DNA of 64,000 nucleotides from Gemmatimonadota bacterium (lineage in GTDB: Bacteria; Gemmatimonadota; Gemmatimonadetes; Gemmatimonadales; Gemmatimonadaceae), in NCBI GenBank assembly GCA_040389905.1, contig JAZJZK010000009.1, forward strand, positions 32,001 to 96,000, in the 5' to 3' direction. The translations under genes and the position numbers were made by a program. Shown piece after piece: positions 28,795 to 36,685 of this stretch. The notes beneath the pieces are model-generated. The model ran no database searches. It was not told the DNA's origin and saw only the letters and a list, made by a program, of their open reading frames with translations. Numbering within the stretch: position 1 is the stretch's first letter; every line of letters starts with the position of its first letter.

Positions 28795-29571
28795 ATGAGA
28801 CGTGTTACGCTGTCGACTCTCTGGCTTGTTGCACTCGTGGCGGGATGCTCATCTGCCCCGGCATCGGTCGCGCAGACGCCCGCGCCGGCGATGGCGCGGA
28901 CCGCGCAACAGCTCGCAGCAGACTCCATTGCCCTCGACCGCCTGCGCAATGACTGGGCGGGACTCAGGCGTTACCGCGCGGCGAATGATGCACTGAAGGC
29001 ACCGCGCGCAGACGAGAGCCGCGTCGTGTTCTACGGCAATTCGATCACCGATTCCTGGGCGCAGTTCTTTCCCTCGATGTTTGCCGGCAAGCCCTACGTT
29101 GGCCGGGGCATCAGTGGACAGACGACGCCGCAAATGCTCGTCCGCTTTCACCAGGACGTCATCGCGCTTCAGCCGAAGGTCGTCGTCATTCTCGCCGGCG
29201 TCAACGACATCGCCGGCAACACGGGTCCGTCGACGCAGGAGATGATTCAGGACAACCTGATGGCCATGACGGAGCTCGCGAGGGCGCATCGAATTCGTGT
29301 CGTCCTGTCGTCCGTACTTCCGGCCTTCGACTTTCCGTGGAAGCGCGGCGTGGAGCCGGCGCCAAAAATCATCGCACTCAATGCGTGGCTGAAACGCTAT
29401 GCCGCCGAGGTGGGCGAGACGTATCTCGACTATCACTCGGTGATGGCCGACGAGCGGGCCGGGCTACCGGTGTCGTTGTCTCGAGATGGAGTCCACCCGA
29501 CCGAGGCGGGATATCGGATCATGGCGCCACTCGCGGAGGCGGCCATCGCGAAGGCGTTGGCCCGGCCGTGA
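28795..29571 (+). CDS. SGNH/GDSL hydrolase lipoprotein
   Basis: GNSIT, RGISGQTT, GVNDI, DGVHP; AGC lipobox; AAGGAG RBS. Confidence 0.9.
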   Translation: MRRVTLSTLWLVALVAGCSSAPASVAQTPAPAMARTAQQLAADSIALDRLRNDWAGLRRYRAANDALKAPRADESRVVFYGNSITDSWAQFFPSMFAGKPYVGRGISGQTTPQMLVRFHQDVIALQPKVVVILAGVNDIAGNTGPSTQEMIQDNLMAMTELARAHRIRVVLSSVLPAFDFPWKRGVEPAPKIIALNAWLKRYAAEVGETYLDYHSVMADERAGLPVSLSRDGVHPTEAGYRIMAPLAEAAIAKALARP

Positions 29572-29867
29572 AGCTCGCCGATCCGGCACTGCAGGCGGCA
29601 CGCGGGCTTGCGGAGATCAACGAAACGTTTCGAGCGGAGCTGGCGGAGCACCGCACCCTCGCTGCGGCGCGGCGCAGGAGGCGTGGCGGAGTGGCGGCGT
29701 GGGTGATTCTGGTGGCCGGTTGTTCAATGGCGGGTCTGTGGGCCACGCACAGTCAGCGTGCTGCCGCCATTCGCAGAGACCTGATGGACGGGTTCAACCG
29801 TTCAGCGGTTGAGGCACCTGCGGATCGCTCCGCTCCGTCTCCGCCGACTCAACCGCTTATTCGCTAG
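29568..29867 (+). CDS. Small hypothetical single-TM protein
   Basis: GTGA overlap with the upstream stop; RRRRR followed by a hydrophobic helix. Confidence 0.5.
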   Translation: MKLADPALQAARGLAEINETFRAELAEHRTLAAARRRRRGGVAAWVILVAGCSMAGLWATHSQRAAAIRRDLMDGFNRSAVEAPADRSAPSPPTQPLIR

Positions 29868-30660
29868 CCCCGACCCACGGGTCGCGCGATAGCCAGTTCT
29901 CGTCCGGCGCGTAGAGGAACACCATCCCACCCTGGGCGAGCTTCGGGAGCAGTCGCTCTGCGCGTGCTGGTTCCATCGCGGGGCATCCCTCGCTTCGGCC
30001 CGCTTTGCTCGCTGTGACGTAGGGTGCACCGTGCGCGACGACACGTCGTGCGGCGGCGTTGTCATTGAAGCCGCTCGAAACGCCCTCGAGCCGCAGTCCC
30101 ATGGCGCTGTAGGCGCGGCCACCGGTGTGCCCGTGGAACGCATACGTCGCCTGCGCGACGTAGAGACCCAACGACGTCGCATAGCTGTTCGGCGCGTTCG
30201 AGAAGCGCGTCGGAAGGCCGTATTGCGATGTCGAGGATCCGCGTCCGTGCGCCACGGTGAACGGGCCGTCGACGACCGTGAGGTTTTGCATGTCGAACAC
30301 GTATCCGCGCGGTTCGGTGCTCGGCAGGCCGTAATCGACGAAATAGAGGTAAGGCTTACGGACGTCAGTCGGGTGTGCTGATTTGTACGCGAAATACCCG
30401 CGGAAACCTGCCTCGAGTGCCTCGGGGCGGCTCAGTTTGCGAACACTTCCGGAGAAGGCGGCCAAAGCCGTCTGCGTAACCGATGTAACGGTAGAGGCCG
30501 CTCCACTCGCCGTATCTGCCGTGCTCGGTTGACTGACGAACTCGACCGCGGCGTTCAATACGGGGCCATTTGCCTGATTGCCGGGAACAAACTGTGCACC
30601 AGCGAACAGCAGCGCACTCGCGCCGACAAGGACGTTCTGCAAGTACCGGGGAGGTCTCAC
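29857..30660 (-). CDS. Murein L,D-transpeptidase catalytic-domain family protein (YkuD_2-like)
   Basis: VDY..PS...R, VAHGRGS, FSN..NS..TSLG, HGAPY, GRSEGCPA. Confidence 0.85.
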   Translation of the reverse strand: MRPPRYLQNVLVGASALLFAGAQFVPGNQANGPVLNAAVEFVSQPSTADTASGAASTVTSVTQTALAAFSGSVRKLSRPEALEAGFRGYFAYKSAHPTDVRKPYLYFVDYGLPSTEPRGYVFDMQNLTVVDGPFTVAHGRGSSTSQYGLPTRFSNAPNSYATSLGLYVAQATYAFHGHTGGRAYSAMGLRLEGVSSGFNDNAAARRVVAHGAPYVTASKAGRSEGCPAMEPARAERLLPKLAQGGMVFLYAPDENWLSRDPWVGASE

Positions 30661-30844
30661 GGAGTCACTCTCCTGTAGCGGGCGCCGATGGGCGCAAGGC
30701 GGGACGATCCGGAGGGTACAGCCCAGATCGTTGCAACTAACGTAACGCAACCTACGTTACATAATGTAGTCGATTGTTGACCCAATGTGAAGCGGTCGGT
30801 CAAATCCTCGTCGAAGATTGACGGCTTGACAAGGTTATGGAATT

Positions 30845-30873
30845 TGCGCATGGTTTATCACATACCATGCGCA
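30845..30873. promoter_or_regulatory. Inverted repeat TGCGCATGGT-N9-ACCATGCGCA, candidate TA operator
   Basis: Perfect 10-bp arms just upstream of the antitoxin RBS; TTGACA at 30826. Confidence 0.65.
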
Positions 30874-30883
30874 TGAGGAGACG

Positions 30884-31129
30884 ATGGCGAAGATCCCAAA
30901 GAACCTATCGCTCGATGCAGAGGATATCGAAATCGGGTTACAGTACGCTGAGCGGAACGGGGTCAGCCTTTCGAAAGTGGTGAGCGAGTTTTTACGCTCC
31001 CTGCCGAACGGGGAGGACGGTGCGTTGGCATCGCCAGCACTGGAGCGACTGATCGGGTCCGCCAAGAAATCCGGCGCAGCTGACGATGGACCTTCGTACC
31101 ACGAGTATCTCGAGCAGAAGTATCGCTGA
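30884..31129 (+). CDS. RHH-type antitoxin (DUF6364-like)
   Basis: KNLSLD......YAERNGVSLSKVVSEFL...YHEYLEQKY; adjacent to the PIN gene. Confidence 0.75.
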   Translation: MAKIPKNLSLDAEDIEIGLQYAERNGVSLSKVVSEFLRSLPNGEDGALASPALERLIGSAKKSGAADDGPSYHEYLEQKYR

Positions 31130-31564
31130 GTGACTTCCCGCCGAGTGCCGCGCGTGTTGATCGACATCAACGTGCTGATCGATGTCGTCGAGGAACGCGT
31201 TCCCTGGTACCGCGACTCGGTCGCGCTCCTGGATGCGCTCAGCCGGGGGCGGGGTCAGGGGTTTCTTGCCGGCCACTCGGTTACGACGCTGTACTACCTC
31301 GCGAAGAAATCCAACGGGCACATCGCCGCGTCCACCGTCGTGAGTGACGCATTGGCGCTCGCCACCGTGGTCCCACTCACGAACGCCGACTTTCTGCGCG
31401 CCCTGTCACTGGGATTCAAGGATTTCGAGGACGCGGTGCAGGTGGCGGCCGCCCTTCAAGCGGGCTGCGACTTCATTGCAACGCGAAACACCATTGACTT
31501 CGCCGGCTCTCCGATTCCGGCCTTGATGCCCGGAGTGATCGCGGCTCGGCTCTCGATGGCCTGA
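31130..31564 (+). CDS. PIN-domain protein (toxin)
   Basis: VLIDINVLID, TTLYY, DFEDAVQ, IATRN..DF. Confidence 0.88.
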   Translation: MTSRRVPRVLIDINVLIDVVEERVPWYRDSVALLDALSRGRGQGFLAGHSVTTLYYLAKKSNGHIAASTVVSDALALATVVPLTNADFLRALSLGFKDFEDAVQVAAALQAGCDFIATRNTIDFAGSPIPALMPGVIAARLSMA

Positions 31565-31603
31565 GGTTCGCCCGCCAACGATTTGCACGGTAGCTTCCGC
31601 ACC

Positions 31604-33796
31604 ATGCGCTCTTTCCTGACTACGGTCGTTGTTCTCTCCACTGTCGCGAGCACGGTTATGGACGCGCAGGCGAGCCATACGCGGATTCGGTTGAGCAAGG
31701 GCCTGGTGATCTCGGCATCAGGGCACGTCGCGCCGGGGGTCTACCGGCTCGGCGCCGATACGTCGCTCGCTGCGCAGCTGATCACGATTTCCGGCAACGA
31801 CATCGACGTCGACTTCCGGGGCGCTACGCTCGAAGGCACAGCCCCCACCTCCGAACCCGACGAAGCGGCAGGTGTTGCGATCCTCGTGAACGGCGGACGC
31901 AACGTCACGATTCGCAATGCAACGATTCGCGGCTACAAGATCGCGATTCTCGCGCGTGGCACGCGCAACCTGCGTCTCATCGACAACGACTTGCGCTTCA
32001 ACTGGAAGCCGAGGCTCTACAGCCTCATCGAGCACGAGAGCCTGGCGGATTGGCTCTCGCACCACAAGAACGAAAAGGACGAATGGCTCCGCTTTGGCGC
32101 GGCGGCGTACCTCACCGACGTGACGGGCGGCGAGATTCGCGGCAATCGCGCGGAGCAGGGCATGGAAGGGCTGATGCTGACGCGCTGTGACAGCATTCAC
32201 ATCGTCGGCAACACGATCTCGTTCAACTCCGGCGTTGGGATCGGACTGTACCGGTCGAACGACAATGTGATCATGCACAACCGTGTGGATTACAACGTCC
32301 GCGGTTACAGCCACGGCTTTTTCAGGCGAGGGCAGGATTCCGCCGATCTCCTGATCTACGAGCAGAGTTCGCGAAACGTCGTCGCCTACAATTCCATGAC
32401 GCATGGTGGAGATGGCCTCTTCTTGTGGGCGGGCCAAAGCACCATGGATACCGGGGCAGGTGGTGCGAACGACAATCTCTTCTATGGGAACGACTTCAGC
32501 TTCGCCCCGACGAATGGGATGGAGGCGACGTTCAGCCGCAATACCTTCGCGCGCAATCGCATCGAAGGATCGGATCACGGGCTCTGGGGCGGATACAGCT
32601 TTGGCGCGCGCGTGGTCGAAAACGAGTTCGTGCGGAATCGCATCGGCATCGCCATCGAACATGGGCAGAACAACGAGATCGTCGGGAACCGATTCGACCG
32701 GGATGGCACCGCGATTCAGCTCTGGGCAAACACGATCGAACCATCCGACTGGCAGTATCCAAGAAAGCGCGATACGCGGAGCACCGGATATCGAATCGAA
32801 GGCAACACGATAGCGGGCGAGCCCGTGGGGATGCGAATTTCGGACACCCGCGACTCACGCATCGTAGCGAATTCCGCTACCGGTGTGGATTCGGTCATGG
32901 TCTTCAAGGATACGGCGGCCGTGTCCGTCGAGAACGGCCAGCCAACGAGCAGCGCAAGTGTCGCAGACAAGCTCGCCCCGAACCGCATCCTTGGCGTGCC
33001 CTCCGCGCTCGGTGACTCGCTCGCGCTGCGAGACCGCTCGGCCATCATCGTGAACGAGTGGGGGCCGTTCGACTGGAAGTCACCCATGTTGTGGCCAGTC
33101 GACAGCGCGCGCCGGAGTCCGCTCGCATTGCGAGTACTCGGGCCGCCTGGCAAATGGTTCGTGGCGAGGGAACGCGGCGTCGCACGCGTCTCGCGCAAGA
33201 AAGGCGTGGTGGGTGATACGCTCGTCGTCACGCCAGCTCGCGCGGGCGACTGGCAGGTCGATCTCCAGTACAACGGCGCCGCCACGGTGTCACCACGAGG
33301 CGAACAGAAACGCGCCGGCGCGCCCGTCGTGTTTTCATATGCGCACTTCGAAGTGTCGCAGAGCTGGGACGTGCGTTTTTTCGCCTGGCCGGATAGCGCA
33401 GATCCACGAACACAGGCGGATCGCTTTGCCAGTCTGCTTCGAGGCACACCACTCGTCGTGCGTCAGGAGCCCCGGCTCGACTACATGTGGTATCGCCCGA
33501 CGATCAAGGACGTGCCGCAATCGAAATTCGCCATCGCTGCGACGTCGCGAGTGGTGCTGCCTGCGGGAACGTTCACCTTGCGGACGATCAGTGATGACGC
33601 GATTCGTGTATGGGTCGACGGCAAGCTGGCGATTGACAACTGGACGCCGCACGAATCTGCGGTCGACGTCGCTCCGGTTGGTGGCGGCGTACGTGACATT
33701 CGCGTTGAGTACTTCCAGGCGGAGGGATGGACCGAACTGCGGCTCGACATTATCCGTGGTTCGCAGCGCGCCGGTGGTTCGCCTGGCCCACACTAA
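31604..33796 (+). CDS. Secreted right-handed beta-helix (NosD/CASH-like) protein with C-terminal PA14 domain
   Basis: Repeated N.I..N beta-helix rungs; SDDAIRVWVDGKLAIDNW PA14 motif. Confidence 0.8.
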   Translation: MRSFLTTVVVLSTVASTVMDAQASHTRIRLSKGLVISASGHVAPGVYRLGADTSLAAQLITISGNDIDVDFRGATLEGTAPTSEPDEAAGVAILVNGGRNVTIRNATIRGYKIAILARGTRNLRLIDNDLRFNWKPRLYSLIEHESLADWLSHHKNEKDEWLRFGAAAYLTDVTGGEIRGNRAEQGMEGLMLTRCDSIHIVGNTISFNSGVGIGLYRSNDNVIMHNRVDYNVRGYSHGFFRRGQDSADLLIYEQSSRNVVAYNSMTHGGDGLFLWAGQSTMDTGAGGANDNLFYGNDFSFAPTNGMEATFSRNTFARNRIEGSDHGLWGGYSFGARVVENEFVRNRIGIAIEHGQNNEIVGNRFDRDGTAIQLWANTIEPSDWQYPRKRDTRSTGYRIEGNTIAGEPVGMRISDTRDSRIVANSATGVDSVMVFKDTAAVSVENGQPTSSASVADKLAPNRILGVPSALGDSLALRDRSAIIVNEWGPFDWKSPMLWPVDSARRSPLALRVLGPPGKWFVARERGVARVSRKKGVVGDTLVVTPARAGDWQVDLQYNGAATVSPRGEQKRAGAPVVFSYAHFEVSQSWDVRFFAWPDSADPRTQADRFASLLRGTPLVVRQEPRLDYMWYRPTIKDVPQSKFAIAATSRVVLPAGTFTLRTISDDAIRVWVDGKLAIDNWTPHESAVDVAPVGGGVRDIRVEYFQAEGWTELRLDIIRGSQRAGGSPGPH

Positions 33797-33852
33797 TGAA
33801 GACTGGAGTCGGAACCGTCAGTCTTCTCGCGCCACACCATAGGACAAGCCAC

Positions 33853-35286
33853 TTGAAAACGCTCATCACACTTGCCCTCGCGGCAGTTCCCGCCATGTCG
33901 CTCGCCCAGGCGCCGCTCCCGGGTCCCGCGACACTCAGCGCGCACCAGGCCCTCGCGCGCGAGATCTACAAACAACTCATCGAGATCAACACCGTCGATT
34001 CCGTCGGCTCGGTGACGAAAGCAGTGGAGGCGATGGCGGCGCGCTTTCGTGCGGCCGGGTTTCCCAGTGAGACATCAGGATACTGGTCCCTGATGGCAAG
34101 CCGACGAAAGGCAACCTCGTTGTGCGCTATCACGGCGATGGACGCGCGAGTGCGCGGAAGCCGGTGTTGTTGCTGGCCCACCTCGATGTGGTCGCGGCAA
34201 AGCGCGAAGATTGGCCACGCGATCCGTTCGTGCTGCACGAGGAGAACAATTACTTCCTTGGACGTGGGACATCGGACGACAAGCCGATGGCGGCAATCTT
34301 CGTGGCGAACCTGTTGCGCATGAAAGCGGAGAAGTACGTCCCGGATCGCGACATGATCCTCGCGTTGACGTCGGATGAGGAGGGCGGGGACGCCAACGGC
34401 GCGCAATTCCTCGTGACCACGCACAAGCCGCTCATCGATGCCGCGTACGCGATCAATGAAGGGGGCGGCGGAACCCTCGACGGAAATACCCCGGTCTTTC
34501 ATTCTATCCAGGCGACGGAAAAGGTGTACGTCGACTTCAGTGTGACCGCCGCGAACACCGGCGGACATTCGAGCGTACCGCGTCCGGATAATGCCATTTA
34601 TCAGCTGTCGCAGGCATTGCTGAACATCTCGAAGTTCCAGTTTCCCGTCGCGCTCAACGACATCACGCGTGGCTTCTTCGAGCAGACGGCGAAGGTGGAA
34701 CCGCGCGCGGAGATCGCTGCGGCCATGCGAGCGATCGTGGCGAATCCCACGGATGCGCGCGCGAATGCAACGCTGTCGAAGGACGCACGCTACTCATCGA
34801 TGCTCCGCACCACATGCGTAGCCACTCGGCTGAACGGTGGTCACGCCTACAATGCACTCCCGCAGTCCGCGAGCGCGAACGTGAATTGTCGTGTCGCGCC
34901 GACGTCGAGTGGCGAGGAAGTTTTCGACTTGCTCACGAAAGCCGTGAACGACACGGGCGTGAAGGTCGCATTCCGGACGACGGAACGAAAATTCGGTCGC
35001 GCGCCCACGCCGATCGAACCGCAGCTCATGGGCGCCGTCACGACGCTCACGACGAAGATGTGGGGAAACATCCCGGTGATTCCGACGATGTCGACTGGGG
35101 CAACGGACGGCGCGCACCTTCGCGCCCGAGGGCATCCCGACGTATGGGGTGAGTGGGCTGTTCATGCAGTCCGGTGAAGGCAATGCCCACGGCCGCGACG
35201 AGAAGATGCGCGTCAAGTCATTCTACGACAGTCTCGAGTTTCTCGATCAGCTCGTGCGGCAAGTCACCTCGGCGCCGCGACCGTAG
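33853..35286 (+). pseudogene. M20/M25/M40 metallopeptidase split by two compensating 1-bp frameshifts (pseudogene or sequencing error)
   Basis: Signal peptide and LIEINT in frame 1; shift near 34070 into GNLVVR/AHLDVV/GRGTSDDK/DEE; shift back near 35127 into GIPTYGVSG...AHGRDE. Confidence 0.8.
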
Positions 35287-35300
35287 CGAAGAAAAACCCC

Positions 35301-35531
35301 AACTGCAACTGCCAAGGAGCGGATTGTACGGATTCCACGGATAACAGCCGGATCAAGCAAAAGGGCTGGCCTCGGAGAACGCGAGGCCAGCCCTTCGGCA
35401 TTCAGAATCAATACAGTCTTTGAGGGTGCTAAGTCAGTCTCGTGGTGCGAGCCTCCGAGTACGGTGGCCGAGAGAATCCGTCAAAATCCGTCGCATCCGT
35501 CAAATCCGCTCCTCGAGCAGTTCACGCAGTT
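35301..35531. repeat. ~230-bp inverted-arm element (MITE/REPIN-like), copy A
   Basis: Arms AACTGC..AGGAGCGGATT / AATCCGCTCCTCGAGCAGTT..GCAGTT, four CGGAT versus four ATCCG units, internal 14-bp hairpin; second copy at 60604. Confidence 0.88.
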
Positions 35532-35543
35532 CAAAGGACCACT

Positions 35544-36614
35544 CTACCTTGGCGCCACGAGCACATCCGAAGCAATCAACAGACGGAACTCTGCCCGGCG
35601 GTTCGTGGCTTCGGCGCTCTCGGAGGTGCCCGATGCAATCGGATTCCGTTCGCCAACAGTAGAGACTTCGATCCGTACCGGATCGATGCCCTGCTCGACG
35701 AGATACGCCTTGGCCGCCGATGAGCGTCGCCCGCCCAGCCCCATGTTGTAGGCGTCGGAGGAGCGAGCGTCGGCGTTGCCAACGATCACGATCCGCATGG
35801 CGGGATTTGCGCGAAAGATCTTCACCTTGGCGTCGAGAATCGCCCGGGACTCAGCGGACAGCTCCGACTTGTCGCTCGCGAAATGGATCTTCTCTTCCAT
35901 CGTGGCCAGTGCTGCGGCCGATGACGCCGGCGCGGCCGGTCTGGATGGCAGGCGACTCAGGGAATCGCGGAGCATCCTGTAATCCTGCTCGACTCTCCGG
36001 CGACGCGCCTGTTCGCCAGCACTCACCGAATCAGATCGCTGTGTCGTTGCCGATGCGACCGGAACGTCAACGGTGCGCAACACCTCGACTGTGCGCACGA
36101 CGCGGTTCGGTTGGCGGAAGAAGCTCAGGCCCAGGTGCAGGCGCTGAAACGACTTCCAATCGTTGTTCGCGAGCCAGTCGGAGATGGCATCCACACGAAA
36201 CGACACCTGATCGGAAAGCGCGAGCTTCGCGCCCACGAGCGCGTTCACGCCATAGCTGTGGAGGAAGTTGGTCTCGGTGCTCGCACCCGCTCCCGCGCCC
36301 ACGTGCATCGAAAAGGCGCCACTCTGGATCGGCGTCACCACGAGATGACTCGCGAGAATGCCAACGTTCACATCTTTCAGTCCGAGCGTGCGCCCCGCGC
36401 GCATCTCCCCCTTTTCGAACTCGAGCGCGATGCGCGGATCGAGAAACACGCCGACTCGTCCGCCACCACCGATACCCTTGTCGAGTGTGAGGTCCTTATC
36501 GAACCTGCCCGCGCTGCCGAACGCGCCGAATTCCACCGTGCCGCGTTCCTGCGCTGCGGCCTGCGCCGCCCACAACAGCGCTGCCGCGCCGAGAATCTTT
36601 GCTGCATGTGACAT
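35544..36614 (-). CDS. OmpA-family protein (N-terminal beta-barrel, C-terminal peptidoglycan-binding domain)
   Basis: IHFASDKS, GNAD, YNMGLGGRR, GERNP, NRRAEF. Confidence 0.9.
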   Translation of the reverse strand: MSHAAKILGAAALLWAAQAAAQERGTVEFGAFGSAGRFDKDLTLDKGIGGGGRVGVFLDPRIALEFEKGEMRAGRTLGLKDVNVGILASHLVVTPIQSGAFSMHVGAGAGASTETNFLHSYGVNALVGAKLALSDQVSFRVDAISDWLANNDWKSFQRLHLGLSFFRQPNRVVRTVEVLRTVDVPVASATTQRSDSVSAGEQARRRRVEQDYRMLRDSLSRLPSRPAAPASSAAALATMEEKIHFASDKSELSAESRAILDAKVKIFRANPAMRIVIVGNADARSSDAYNMGLGGRRSSAAKAYLVEQGIDPVRIEVSTVGERNPIASGTSESAEATNRRAEFRLLIASDVLVAPR

Positions 36615-36685
36615 TTGAATTTCCAATTTGAAAGGCCTGTGAATCATCGGGACCGGACGGCTGTCCGGCCCCGGTGAGTCACCTA

